37,263 bases of DNA from a virus (IMGVR_UViG_2778261172_000006:1-37263), one strand, 5' to 3'; numbered from the stretch's first letter, positions 27,005-36,883 are shown. Program-made: numbers and translations. Notes: generated by a model from the letters alone, not told the origin.

Positions 27005-27985
27005 CTAAACGCTCGCTACATTATACCAGGTGCCATTTATATACTTTTGAACGGGTCTGTAATAAACGCCCGCTATATTATCGGCAGAGTTGGACCCTGT
27101 ATCCTGAACATTAATACCAGACAATACATGACCTGACGGGCACTGGAAATTCCATGTTTGCCAGTTGTTCACTCCATAATATTGCTGTGAACCAAGTCGA
27201 ACATCTTTCACATATCTGGAATCAAAATTGCCATAGTTGCCGGGAATAACTTGCGAGCCGCAAAGCCAGTTCCCGTTATTATCCATGTACGCCTGACCAT
27301 CGGTACCATTGGCTGTCCTTGAGTTATTAATCATGTAGATGCCAAATTGCTTATTCCCCAATCCACCTATCATGAACTTGCGGTCGGCGTGATTCTGGCG
27401 AAGCAACGCCTGAGCGCTATCAGTGTTAACTATATTTTTCCCAAAGATAGCGTTGTTATCGCGCATCTGAATCCACATACCATTACTGCTGTTAATAGCA
27501 AAACGGTCTGAAAGTGTCTCCCCTGAAACATTAAGACCACGCCCCATCGAAACAGCGCCAGTAGCGTTATTAATCCATAATGGCCTTAATCCGTTATAAG
27601 TCCCCATGTTGTCACCGGAGTTTGTCAACATGAAGTATGTATTTGAACCATCATTACGAATAAAGAATCCGTAATTACCATAAGCAATACGTAGGCCGTT
27701 TGCTGATTTTGATATGACTTCGCCATTTACAATGGCATTGACAAGAACATACAAAGCATCCCATTTAAGATTCATCAGGTCTTTTGTTGTGGTGCTTTGT
27801 TTGCTTCTCCATTTGAAATATTCATTGCCGTTGTCGCCTGTTTCAAACCACATGAATGAATCAGTATCGCTGTCGGCATCATTTTTAAAACCAATCTTCG
27901 CCCAGTCGGTATTTCGAATCCATGCAAGAATTGAGTCGTTTTCAAAAGTAAGTCCACCGGACAAGATATCGCCTGTCTTTTGCAC
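27005..27985 (-). CDS. alternative tail-fibre C-terminal cassette (no start of its own; reading frame stays open through the right crossover site to 28027)
   Basis: Frame upstream of the track start reads [15 protein letters not shown], matching EYLGLQETVN at the H crossover; C-terminus [11 protein letters not shown] paralogous to the H C-terminus. Confidence 0.8.
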   Translation of the reverse strand: MQKTGDILSGGLTFENDSILAWIRNTDWAKIGFKNDADSDTDSFMWFETGDNGNEYFKWRSKQSTTTKDLMNLKWDALYVLVNAIVNGEVISKSANGLRIAYGNYGFFIRNDGSNTYFMLTNSGDNMGTYNGLRPLWINNATGAVSMGRGLNVSGETLSDRFAINSSNGMWIQMRDNNAIFGKNIVNTDSAQALLRQNHADRKFMIGGLGNKQFGIYMINNSRTANGTDGQAYMDNNGNWLCGSQVIPGNYGNFDSRYVKDVRLGSQQYYGVNNWQTWNFQCPSGHVLSGINVQDTGSNSADNIAGVYYRPVQKYINGTWYNVASV

Positions 27986-28001
27986 GGCGTTACCAGCCTT
28001 G

Positions 28002-28035
28002 TTTACCGTTTCCTGTAAACCGAGGTTTTAGATAA
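28002..28035 (-). repeat. right crossover (gix-like) site
   Basis: TTTACCGTTTCCTGTAAACCGAGGTTTTAGATAA. Confidence 0.85.
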
Positions 28036-28089
28036 TGGCCGTTTCCGGCCTGCATGGCATGATTTGCGCTTTTGGACGGGAGATTCAGC

Positions 28090-28677
28090 GTGCTGATTGG
28101 CTATGTAAGGGTATCAACAAATGACCAGAATACAGACCTGCAACGAAACGCTCTTGTTTGTGCAGGATGTGAACAAATATTTGAAGATAAATTAAGCGGG
28201 ACAAAGACAGACCGACCGGGATTAAAACGCGCTTTAAAGCGCCTTCAAAAAGGTGACACGCTGGTTGTCTGGAAACTGGATCGCCTCGGGCGAAGCATGA
28301 AACATCTGATTTCTCTCGTCGGGGAACTACGGGAGCGAGGAATTAATTTTCGCAGTCTGACCGACAGCATAGATACATCTTCTCCAATGGGGCGTTTTTT
28401 CTTCCACGTGATGGGTGCCCTGGCTGAAATGGAACGTGAATTAATTGTTGAACGTACACTGGCCGGACTGGCGGCAGCACGCGCACGGGGGCGCACAGGC
28501 GGACGTCGACCGAAGCTGACAAAAGAACAGCATGAGCAAATAGCAAGGCTAATCAAAAACGGGCACGACAGAAAACAACTGGCAATAATTTACGGCATTG
28601 GTATATCGACGATTTATCGTTACCACCCCGCAGGAGAATCAAGGGGAACAATTGAGAAGAGTCAGGAAACAAAATAA
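28090..28677 (+). CDS. serine DNA invertase (Gin/Pin/Cin/Hin family)
   Basis: GTG start after GGGAG; VLIGYVRVSTNDQNTDLQRNALVCAGCEQIFEDKLSGT... is near-identical to the remembered Mu Gin sequence, including the catalytic Ser region and C-terminal HTH. Confidence 0.95.
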   Translation: MLIGYVRVSTNDQNTDLQRNALVCAGCEQIFEDKLSGTKTDRPGLKRALKRLQKGDTLVVWKLDRLGRSMKHLISLVGELRERGINFRSLTDSIDTSSPMGRFFFHVMGALAEMERELIVERTLAGLAAARARGRTGGRRPKLTKEQHEQIARLIKNGHDRKQLAIIYGIGISTIYRYHPAGESRGTIEKSQETK

Positions 28678-28705
28678 CCGCTAATCTGACCATTAGCGGT
28701 TTTTG
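28678..28705. terminator. terminator between invertase and U (bidirectional candidate)
   Basis: CCGCTAAT-CTGACC-ATTAGCGG hairpin followed by TTTTT. Confidence 0.6.
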
Positions 28706-28712
28706 TGTTAAA

Positions 28713-29207
28713 TCAGAACAGCCCTTTAACTGAACTGGCCGCGCTGTTAAGAGATGATGTCACCTTATCTTTGAAGCCGGACAGCATATCGCTGAATGAT
28801 GAGGATTGCAGGCGCTCCCGCAAATCCTCATCACAGCGTTCAAGGGTCAGTGAAAATTCTATCTTTTTCGCCTTACCGTAGCGATCAAACTCGGAACGGG
28901 TCGTATTCGTTTCAGTCAGCACATACATGCCGTAAATCTGCCCGACACCATCAATCAGAGGCCAGGGGCGTCCTGTATATGCCTGCGTGGTCAGCAACGA
29001 AAGCGACACTTCGCCACCTGTAATTTCAGGATAAAGCACGCCGGAAAGCACAATGCGATCATCACCTGCACCTATATACTGCCAGCTTGCTGAACGGTTA
29101 ACGCGTTCATTTTTCACATGCCGCCAGCTTTTGTTTTGCTGTAACTGCTGATGCGGCAGTGTGCGCAGCTCAAAAACAAACATGCCGTAGATCATCATCA
29201 TGACCAT
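28713..29207 (-). CDS. U: tail protein (P2 gpU family)
   Basis: 164 aa starting MVMMMIYGMFVFEL, like P2 U; start among several adjacent Met codons. Confidence 0.8.
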   Translation of the reverse strand: MVMMMIYGMFVFELRTLPHQQLQQNKSWRHVKNERVNRSASWQYIGAGDDRIVLSGVLYPEITGGEVSLSLLTTQAYTGRPWPLIDGVGQIYGMYVLTETNTTRSEFDRYGKAKKIEFSLTLERCDEDLRERLQSSSFSDMLSGFKDKVTSSLNSAASSVKGLF

Positions 29208-29213
29208 GACTCC

Positions 29214-32030
29214 TCAATCTTTATCGTAAAAACTGCCACGTCCGGCACGGGCGCGCCGTTCCATCTCTGCCCTGACCATTTCACCGACCAGTTTCGCCAG
29301 TTCGCGGGGATTCTGCGTAACAACGTTATGCAGATGAACATGAATTTCACCGCCAAATCCGGAGACAACAGGCTCCCGGTTACGGGAAGTTGCAGGAATT
29401 GATGCCACTGGCGATCGTATGGCCTCCGCCACCGGACGGGAGCTGGCCGCAACAACAGGGACCAGCGCCGGAGGCAGAGGAGCCGGGACTACGGGTGTGA
29501 TGTTGATTGCGGAAGCAGACTTACTGGCCTGCGCAATCTTCCGCTCCTGCCACTCCCCACGAACAGCAAGTGCGCGGGGCAGGTTCTTAAAGACAATATC
29601 GCCGGGGCCAATGCGTTTTTTCGTCTCATCAACCAGCTTACCTGTGTTATCAGCAATTTTGCTGAGTCTGCGTAGCGTACCGGTATTGCTGTCTGTGAGC
29701 GGTTTATTGTCTTTGGGTTTATCACCTCCGGTGCCATTGCCATTTTCCGCAGGCTTCGGCGGATTGATTTTCGCAAGGTCCCCCTGAAGCAAGGCAACCT
29801 TGTCCTGAAGAATGGCCGCACGCTGTGCGTCTTCGATTTTCTTGCGCGCCCTTTCCGCTTCATCCGGAAGGACGCCAAGTTTTTCAAGTATCCACGCCAG
29901 CGTATCCAGTAGCATTTTTGCAGGTGTCAGAACAAGCTGTAACGCACCGCCAAGAACGTTACCGAATATCTCGCCAGCACTGGTACATTTATCCAGCGTT
30001 TCCTTGCTGGACTCCATCGGTGATAGCAGCGATTTAAACCAGTTAAAGACCTGAATAATCCCATCACGCACGACATCAAAAACAGGACCGAACCGTTCAA
30101 AGGTTTCGCGCAACGGAGCCAGCCGTTCCATAATCCCACTGAACACCCCGGCATAAAACGCCTTGATGGGTTCCCAGTATTTCCAGATGAGAACCGCCGC
30201 AGCCACAAACGCAGCAACAATCAATCCAACCGGACTGAGCAGCGCCCCGATAGCGCCACCCAGCAACGAGATGGAACCTGTTACCATTCCCCATAGTGCT
30301 GGCAGCACCCTGACGACATTCATTGATCCTGTCAGGAGAGAAAAACCGAGACGTAACGTAGCCAGCTTCCCGTGAAGCACCCCAATAACCAGAGACAACG
30401 AACCAACCGTTGCTGTTGTCGCCAGCAGTGCACCTCCCGCTATCAGTAGCTGGCGCGTCAGTGCCGGATGGGCCTGCGCCAGCGCCGTCACCCTTGATAC
30501 CACCCGCGTGAGCCACTGCGTGACAGAACGCAGCGGACCGTCAATCAGATCTGCAATGCGGATGCGCAACCCTTCCCATGCACTGCCGAGTGATTTCAGA
30601 TCGCCGTCAAGGTTGTTGGCCATAACCTTTGCCGTGCGTTCAGCCTCACCGCGCGCGCCTTCAAGTTCTTTTCTCAGTTTGGGTAAGGAGCCGTCACCTG
30701 CCGCATCAACGAGGGCCATAAATGATGTGAAAGCCTCTTCTCCGGCAATGTCCTTAAAGAACGATACCCGGTCAACTTCCCCGTATTTGCGGGTGGCTTT
30801 ATAAAGGTCAGCCAGCACATCCTCCATCGGGCGCATTTTGCCCCCGGCATCCGAGACAGACACGCCAAGCTCTTTCAGCGCCTCTGCTGCCGCCTTTGGC
30901 GGTGATGCCAGACGAGCCAGGCTGGCACGCATTGCCGTCCCGGCATCACTCCCTCTGATACCCATATTCGCCAGCACGCCCGCCATCGCTGCGGCCTGCT
31001 CCAGCGATATTCCCAGCTTACCCGCCACCGGACCTGCATATTTCATGGTTTCGCCCAGCGCGCGAAGGTCAGTGTTAGTACGGGTAAACGCTGCTGTAAG
31101 CGTGTCACCGACCCGGTCCATCTGGTCAGCGGAGAGGCCGAACTGCGTCAGGATATTTGAGCCAATATCTGCCGTCTCGCCGAGATCCATACCGCCAGCC
31201 GTTGCCATGCTCAGCACGCCGGGAAGCGCAGCCTGAATGGCCTGCGGAGTGAAGCCAGCCATTGCAAGAAATGCCTGCCCACTGGCGGCATCGCCTGCGG
31301 TGAACTGCGTTTCAGAGCCAAGTTTTAACGCCTGCTCACGCAGCGCCTTAAACTGCGGGCTGTTCTGGTCGATTCGCGTCAGTGCCTGAACGCGGGACAT
31401 CTCTTTCCCGAACCCGATCGCAGGCTGCAAAAAACGCCCGGCAGCATAGCCGCCCGCCGCTGCCGCACCAATTGCCAGTGCACCACCTGTTTTCAGTTTT
31501 CCCGCTGTTTCCTGCGCGCGCGAATACCGCTCACGCGCCCGCGTTACACGCGCAAGCGCCTGCCGTTCGCGTTCAAGCTGGTTGTTATACTGTTCGGTGC
31601 GTCTGATGGCCTGCTGGATGGTGTTATCGCTGCCTGTCAGGGAAATGCCGTGGCGTTTCAGCTCTCCGCCAAGCTCCCGCATTTTCTGAATTTCCCGTGT
31701 GCGCGATTCATTCAGGCGTTCAAGCCGGGTGCTTAACTGCTGCATCAGCTTTTGTTGTTTTTCGCTGAGCACTGTACCCGTGCGTTGTAACTGATTAAGG
31801 GCGTTAAGCTGGCGTCGTGCTTTCACGATACCCGCATCCGCTTTACTGACAGCGTCGCGGGCGCGCTCAAATGAACGCGCCTGACGCTCGAGATTTTTGA
31901 TCGCCCCCTGCGTTCGCTGGATGGAGTCACCAAACTGCCCCATCAGGCGGCGTGCGTTTTCGGCAGGTCGGGTCAGCCTGTCAACGGCGCTGAAAGCGAC
32001 CCGGATATCAAGAGTCTTCATTGTCTGCAT
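29214..32030 (-). CDS. T: tail tape measure protein (P2 gpT family)
   Basis: About 940 aa, Ala/Gly-rich with coiled-coil N-terminal half; start ambiguous between 32021, 32030 and 32057. Confidence 0.88.
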   Translation of the reverse strand: MQTMKTLDIRVAFSAVDRLTRPAENARRLMGQFGDSIQRTQGAIKNLERQARSFERARDAVSKADAGIVKARRQLNALNQLQRTGTVLSEKQQKLMQQLSTRLERLNESRTREIQKMRELGGELKRHGISLTGSDNTIQQAIRRTEQYNNQLERERQALARVTRARERYSRAQETAGKLKTGGALAIGAAAAGGYAAGRFLQPAIGFGKEMSRVQALTRIDQNSPQFKALREQALKLGSETQFTAGDAASGQAFLAMAGFTPQAIQAALPGVLSMATAGGMDLGETADIGSNILTQFGLSADQMDRVGDTLTAAFTRTNTDLRALGETMKYAGPVAGKLGISLEQAAAMAGVLANMGIRGSDAGTAMRASLARLASPPKAAAEALKELGVSVSDAGGKMRPMEDVLADLYKATRKYGEVDRVSFFKDIAGEEAFTSFMALVDAAGDGSLPKLRKELEGARGEAERTAKVMANNLDGDLKSLGSAWEGLRIRIADLIDGPLRSVTQWLTRVVSRVTALAQAHPALTRQLLIAGGALLATTATVGSLSLVIGVLHGKLATLRLGFSLLTGSMNVVRVLPALWGMVTGSISLLGGAIGALLSPVGLIVAAFVAAAVLIWKYWEPIKAFYAGVFSGIMERLAPLRETFERFGPVFDVVRDGIIQVFNWFKSLLSPMESSKETLDKCTSAGEIFGNVLGGALQLVLTPAKMLLDTLAWILEKLGVLPDEAERARKKIEDAQRAAILQDKVALLQGDLAKINPPKPAENGNGTGGDKPKDNKPLTDSNTGTLRRLSKIADNTGKLVDETKKRIGPGDIVFKNLPRALAVRGEWQERKIAQASKSASAINITPVVPAPLPPALVPVVAASSRPVAEAIRSPVASIPATSRNREPVVSGFGGEIHVHLHNVVTQNPRELAKLVGEMVRAEMERRARAGRGSFYDKD

Positions 32031-32537
32031 TCCCGCTGCGAAGTGCCGCCCGCTCACGCCAGCTAACCACTTCGCCGGGCGTCATCATGAAGATTTCGGC
32101 GGGCGACCAGTTAAAAATGGCGGCAATATCCGCCACAAAGTCTTCTATGTGCTCAAAGCACACAACCGTGATCAGGCTTCCGTCGCCTGTTCGTTCTTCC
32201 CGCCAGAGTCCGCACCGCTCAAAAAATTTACGGCAACCACACATAACTGAATAAAGTCACGGGATGCCATTTTTTTGATCGTCACTTCATCCAGTCGCGG
32301 TGATGTCACGCGTGACAGCAGCGTAAACATGGATTCCGCTTTCAGACTCAGCACATCAGACAGCGACAAATCTCGCAGAGATCCAGCCTGCTCAATAGCC
32401 CCGGTGATCTCCACATACGTGATTTTTTCGCCGCCTCGCTCAATGGGTTGGGTAAGTTTTACGCCACGCTCACTGGTTTCTTTCACAGTGTCAGCAACTA
32501 CCGTATTTTCGGTATCGATGTTTTTCGTCTCTTTCAT
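32008..32537 (-). CDS. E+E' product of programmed -1 frameshift
   Basis: TTTTTTG heptamer (minus strand, 32220-32226) in the E frame; -1 frame stays open to 32008 and overlaps the T start, as in P2 E/E'. Confidence 0.7.
32172..32537 (-). CDS. E: tail assembly chaperone E (P2 gpE family)
   Basis: ATG at 32537 with AAGGAG RBS; 121 aa; contains slippery heptamer near the 3' end. Confidence 0.8.
   Translation of the reverse strand: MKETKNIDTENTVVADTVKETSERGVKLTQPIERGGEKITYVEITGAIEQAGSLRDLSLSDVLSLKAESMFTLLSRVTSPRLDEVTIKKMASRDFIQLCVVAVNFLSGADSGGKNEQATEA
32220..32226 (-). other. -1 ribosomal frameshift slippery site TTTTTTG
   Basis: Read directly; E frame AAT TTT TTG, shifted frame AAA TTT TTT GAG. 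Confidence 0.7.
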
Positions 32538-32591
32538 CAGGAAACTCCTTTCAGTCAGAGGCGACGCACTGCGCCGCCTGCATATTACTTA

Positions 32592-33104
32592 TCAGCCAAG
32601 CCCGAGCGCGGAACGGATGCGATCGGGCACAATGTCCTTGCCGTCCTTCCGGTAAATGAAGTTCAGCAGGTCAATCTCCCACAACGGGCGATCGTTAACA
32701 CTCAGCTTGTAGTAGGTGTTTTTAATGGCGTAAGTGTGTGATGTGGCTTCGCCCTGTTTGGCTTCCCCCATATCAATTTCCGTCACACGTCCGCGCATTT
32801 CGACTTCATACAGGTCGCTTTCTGCATCGGTGTAGTATTCACCCGCAAAACGCAGCAGCGTGCCGTCAATCGTGCCGCCATACTTAAGGAACAGCTCACG
32901 AACTGCGCCCCCCATGACAAAGCTCGCATCAAGCGCGGAGTCGTCCAGGCCGAGATCAATACTTACCGCCCCCATCATGCCACCACCCCGGTAGCTGTCG
33001 GTTTTGCGCGTCAGCTTAGGCAAAGTGACGGACGTCACCTTACCCACTTCGTTTTCACCATCCACAAACAGCGTAAAAAAGCGAAGATGTTTTGGCACAG
33101 CCAT
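32592..33104 (-). CDS. FII: tail tube protein (P2 gpFII family)
   Basis: 170 aa; GGGAGG RBS; start overlaps FI stop. Confidence 0.88.
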   Translation of the reverse strand: MAVPKHLRFFTLFVDGENEVGKVTSVTLPKLTRKTDSYRGGGMMGAVSIDLGLDDSALDASFVMGGAVRELFLKYGGTIDGTLLRFAGEYYTDAESDLYEVEMRGRVTEIDMGEAKQGEATSHTYAIKNTYYKLSVNDRPLWEIDLLNFIYRKDGKDIVPDRIRSALGLG

Positions 33105-34288
33105 CAGGCACCTCCCAGCACCGCAAATGCGGGTTCAAAGTATTCATCAGTAAACGTCTGGTAAAGCTCCATGTCTTCCAGTGGCGGAACGGGCGTATAT
33201 TTGTAGCGAATACGCACACGCCCCTGACGTAAATCCGTGGTGCTGTTATCCACCACGTCATACCAGCACTCCGCGCCAATCAGTTTCCCGGCAGTCACCA
33301 GTGAATCCAGTTTTGCCCTGATGGCACTGATAACATCCTTCACGTTCGCAGGCGTCAGTGGACTGTCGATGGTTTCAAACTGCGCTTCCGCAATTGAATC
33401 AGCCAGCACCTGTGCGGTTCGGGTATACACCTCAAAAATGTAGGCGTTCGTTTCCGGTGTGCGGTTGCCCCAGAAGCGGAACCCGTTGCGACGAATAATG
33501 GTCGTGATTTCTTTGTTGTTGAGGCTGTTGGCATCGCTGTCTTCGGCCTGCAACGACCAGAACACATGCCTCGACATCCCCAGCACATTTTTAACCGGAA
33601 CGTTGGACAGCGATTTGTGCCAGCCCTGCTCATGGTCAATGTACGCACGAAGGCCGCACGCATAAGCAGGCGCGGGGAACGTTTCGTTTTCGCCACTTTT
33701 CGGGTTGTAGGCGATGAAGTCCGGCCATAAGAGCATCACTTCACGTTCGTTGAATTTCTGGCGGTAGGTAATCGCTTCAGCCATCGTGTTACAGCCGTGA
33801 CATGAGGCATACACAAATGCGCGCAGTTTACCCGCAATCACGCACAGGGATTTTGTCACCGCCTCCGTGTCCAGCTCCGGCGCGGCCAGAATACGCGGAC
33901 GGTATCCGATGCTTTCATCCTGCTCTGCAACAAGCAGCGCATACATCCCCGTATAGCTGCCGTCATCCTCAGAACCACCGATAACCAGTTGATCCTGCGT
34001 CTTTTCGTCTTCTTCTTTGTGTTCAGCCACGCGAACGACGATCACCTTTGTGCTCACCTGGTCTGCGATGGCCTTAAGCGCACGATAAAGCGTCCCCGTT
34101 GTTCCGCATTTTCCCAGCACGTCATTGACGCGGGTCAGCAGTGTGGGCTTGTTCAGCGGGAACAACTTCGCGTCCGCATCATCCGCCGTTGCCACGATAC
34201 CGATAACGCTGGAATCAACATCGTTAATCGCTGTTACCAGGTCGGTATTTTCCGTAACACGGGCACCATGAAAACGAGTTTCACTCAT
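33104..34288 (-). CDS. FI: tail sheath protein (P2 gpFI family)
   Basis: 394 aa; IRRNGFRFWGNRT and YKYTPVPPLE motifs as in P2 FI; AAGGGG RBS. Confidence 0.9.
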   Translation of the reverse strand: MSETRFHGARVTENTDLVTAINDVDSSVIGIVATADDADAKLFPLNKPTLLTRVNDVLGKCGTTGTLYRALKAIADQVSTKVIVVRVAEHKEEDEKTQDQLVIGGSEDDGSYTGMYALLVAEQDESIGYRPRILAAPELDTEAVTKSLCVIAGKLRAFVYASCHGCNTMAEAITYRQKFNEREVMLLWPDFIAYNPKSGENETFPAPAYACGLRAYIDHEQGWHKSLSNVPVKNVLGMSRHVFWSLQAEDSDANSLNNKEITTIIRRNGFRFWGNRTPETNAYIFEVYTRTAQVLADSIAEAQFETIDSPLTPANVKDVISAIRAKLDSLVTAGKLIGAECWYDVVDNSTTDLRQGRVRIRYKYTPVPPLEDMELYQTFTDEYFEPAFAVLGGA

Positions 34289-34445
34289 AGCTTCAGCCCC
34301 TTGTATCCGTTAAATGATTCGGCAACAATCATCACCCACCACGCGCGTAATCTCACCCCTGCGCCGTTCTCCCGCCACGGCGACAACAAAAAGCAGTAAC
34401 CCCCTCCGCACGCACATGCGACCATGCCACACAGGGAGGGAGCAG

Positions 34446-35555
34446 ATGACCGACACCACCATGCAATTGCTCAGTCAGGGCACAGACCCCGTGAAAATGC
34501 CGGATTTTGATATTCTCGCCGAGGGTAAAACGCTGTCCGGCGTGGCAGAACGCCTGATGAGCCTGTCACTGACCGACAACCGGGGATTTGAGGCGGACCA
34601 GCTCACCATCACGCTGGATGATGCTGATGGTCAGTTGCAGTTGCCGCCACGGGGCGCTCGCCTGACGGTTCTCATTGGCTGGAAAGGCGAACCGCTGACA
34701 GAAAAAGGCACTTACATTGTTGATGAAATTGCTCATGAAGGACCGCCCGACAGACTGACCATTTCAGCCAGAAGCGCAGATTTTCGGGATGAATTTAACG
34801 TCAAGCGCGAAGTGTCCTGGCATGATGTGACCGTTGAGCGAGTGGTATCCGCCATCGCTCATCGGTACGGTCTGAAACCGCAAATCAGCGAAATGCTGAT
34901 GGATATCGAAATCGACCACGCCGACCAGACCGAAGAAAGTGACATGTCCTTCCTTACGCGCATGGCGGAAATGCTGGGCGCAATCACCACGGTAAAAAGC
35001 GGCAATCTGTTATTCATCATGCCCGGTGGTGGCGTGAACGCACAGGGCCAGCCGTTGCCCTCGTTCGCCATTACACGCAGCAGCGGCGATCGCCATCAGT
35101 TCCGTATTGCTGACCGCGAGGCGTATACGGGGGTACGCGCCTACTGGCTTGATCTTAATTACGGGAAAAAGAAAAAGGTCAGCGTAAAACGCCGTAAACC
35201 GCCAAAACCCAAAAAGGAGAAAAGCAGCAGCCGTGAAGGTGATTATATGGAAGGTGCGGAAGGCAATGTGTTTGTGTTACGCAAGACTTATCAGAACGAG
35301 CAGGCAGCAAGACGCGCAGCGGCGGCAAAGTGGCAGCAGCTACAACGCGGAGCCGCATCATTTTCCATCACGCTGGCACGTGGACGTGCAGAACTCTACC
35401 CCGAAATGCATGGCACGGTAACAGGATTTAAAAGCGAGATTGATAATCAGGACTGGATTATTGCAAAAGCCGAGCACACCATTGATAACAGCGGCTTTAC
35501 CACGCAGCTTGAGCTTGAGGCAAAAATCCCGGAATGGATAGCGGAAACAGAGTGA
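34446..35555 (+). CDS. D: late tail protein D (P2 gpD family)
   Basis: ATG at 34446 after GGGAGGGAG; 369 aa; position immediately before ogr. Confidence 0.88.
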   Translation: MTDTTMQLLSQGTDPVKMPDFDILAEGKTLSGVAERLMSLSLTDNRGFEADQLTITLDDADGQLQLPPRGARLTVLIGWKGEPLTEKGTYIVDEIAHEGPPDRLTISARSADFRDEFNVKREVSWHDVTVERVVSAIAHRYGLKPQISEMLMDIEIDHADQTEESDMSFLTRMAEMLGAITTVKSGNLLFIMPGGGVNAQGQPLPSFAITRSSGDRHQFRIADREAYTGVRAYWLDLNYGKKKKVSVKRRKPPKPKKEKSSSREGDYMEGAEGNVFVLRKTYQNEQAARRAAAAKWQQLQRGAASFSITLARGRAELYPEMHGTVTGFKSEIDNQDWIIAKAEHTIDNSGFTTQLELEAKIPEWIAETE

Positions 35556-35597
35556 GCAACTTAGAATAGCGGCAGCACCACGTTAAGGGAGGTCGCT

Positions 35598-35858
35598 ATG
35601 TTCCGTTGTCCGCTTTGTGGCGCATCTGCCCGTATCCGCACCAGTCGTCCAGAAAATGATTCAAACACCGTGCGGCAAAAGTATTACCAGTGTAACAATC
35701 TGGAATGCGGCGTATGCTTCTCAACACTGGAAGCTTTCCATAAATTCACATCAAAACACGCCTCCGGCGTTCACTCTTCAGAAGGTATCCCGTGGCATGA
35801 TCTGCCAGCTTCACACAGGGGAAACAATCAGATGAGTTTGCCTTTACCTCAGAATTAA
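35598..35858 (+). CDS. ogr: zinc-finger late transcription activator (Ogr/Delta family)
   Basis: MFRCPLCGASARIRTSR...YYQCNNLEC has the C-x2-C ... C-x4-C pattern and resembles P2 Ogr; GGAGG RBS. Confidence 0.85.
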   Translation: MFRCPLCGASARIRTSRPENDSNTVRQKYYQCNNLECGVCFSTLEAFHKFTSKHASGVHSSEGIPWHDLPASHRGNNQMSLPLPQN

Positions 35859-36256
35859 CAGACAGAATTGCCGGAGTAACAAAAAAAGCGATACACCCAT
35901 TTACCCGGCAGTACCACTCCCCCGCCCCATAGCTGGCAGTGAGGCGGGATGTTTTGCCTACCCGCCAGCAGGCACCATCGTGGAAATATCCAACATTGAA
36001 GGACGCCCGGATAAGCCTGTTATCAGGCAAATCTTACCCATCGGTCATAACCTGCCTGATGTAAAGCCCGGCGAACAATTGCAACAACAGCGTGCAGAAG
36101 TGTTTCAGCATGTCACGACTGACGGAAGCTGGCGCAGAAAAACCGACCAGCAAATCCAAGAAGAAAAGCGCGTAAAACGATCACTGCTGATGTGGCGTTT
36201 CTTTATACAAGCTGCTATTTGCGATATGCTGAACACATCAACCTGTGGAGTGCATT

Positions 36257-36883
36257 ATGAAACAAAAATCAAAGTCTGCTGCCATTGCTGCTATTGCTAC
36301 AGCTCTGACAGCATCACTGGCTCCGGTGCCAGCTAAAAGCACGATACTACCAACAACAGTTATTGAATCCGTGACACACGCCAGAGTGGTTTCAATGCTT
36401 ACATTTGAGCATCATGATGGTCAGGTGTTTCTGCCTCTTGAAGAAGCTATTGAATATATCAACGGGCTGAATGACAACATGCGTGCCGCGCTCAATGCAG
36501 TCATTGAAGAACGACAGAACAGAGGCAAGGGAGCTCTGTTTGCTGACAAAACCGCAAAAATCATAAAAATATGCGAAGAGTCACTTAAGCAGCACAGCCG
36601 TGTTAAAGAGGCTGTCAAAATTGTAATGGATCCGGATAACCTGGCAAAAATGTATCCGGATAGCATGGAGCAAAGAATCGCCTATCGCAATAAACTGGTT
36701 CGTTTTGGTCGGGCAATTGCGCAGGGAGAGTTTATCGCTCGTGATGCCATCAACGCCATCAAACGAAGCACCGCACCAGACAAAACGACCAGCCTGGGCA
36801 ATACGCTGTCTGACGGAAATGTGAAAGCAATGATTATTGCCGAGCATAAAAACATGGGACTCCCGGCACCGGAGTTTTCCTGA
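36257..36883 (+). CDS. hypothetical protein (208 aa), upstream partner of YafO-like gene
   Basis: ATG at 36257 with GGAG RBS; Ala-rich hydrophobic N-terminal segment AAIAAIATALTASLAPVPA; stop overlaps downstream start (ATGA). Confidence 0.55.
   Translation: MKQKSKSAAIAAIATALTASLAPVPAKSTILPTTVIESVTHARVVSMLTFEHHDGQVFLPLEEAIEYINGLNDNMRAALNAVIEERQNRGKGALFADKTAKIIKICEESLKQHSRVKEAVKIVMDPDNLAKMYPDSMEQRIAYRNKLVRFGRAIAQGEFIARDAINAIKRSTAPDKTTSLGNTLSDGNVKAMIIAEHKNMGLPAPEFS

Larger units (their letters stand above)
24941..28035. other. invertible DNA segment (Mu G-segment / P1 C-segment type) carrying alternative tail-fibre C-termini and their chaperones
   Basis: 34-bp inverted repeats at 24941-24974 and 28002-28035 bracket H C-term(+), tfa(+), tfa'(-) and an alternative fibre C-term(-); a Gin-like invertase gene lies just outside the right repeat. 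Confidence 0.88.
1..35858. mobile_element. P2-like temperate prophage, apparently complete (int to ogr); att sites not identifiable inside the window
   Basis: Collinear P2-family gene set recognised from translated ORFs: int, C, cox-like, A, Q, P, O, N, M, L, X, lysis genes, R, S, V, W, J, I, H, G, FI, FII, E/E', T, U, D, ogr. Confidence 0.9.

Noticed and set aside
29419-31606. Several plus-strand ORFs of 70-140 aa
   Set aside because: All antisense to the tape-measure gene T; Ala/Ser/Pro-rich shadow frames.
28678-34445. Search for gix-like sites flanking the inverted FI-U block
   Set aside because: No copy of the TTCCTGTAAACCGAGG core at either junction; only a short shared TTAAAT(C/G)A in direct orientation, which is too weak to call.
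35980-36336. 118-aa ORF with GTG start
   Set aside because: Overlaps the better-supported 36257 start by 80 nt and ends in a Cys/His/Tyr-rich tail; it could be a remnant of a disrupted gene at the attachment junction, but there is no support for calling it.
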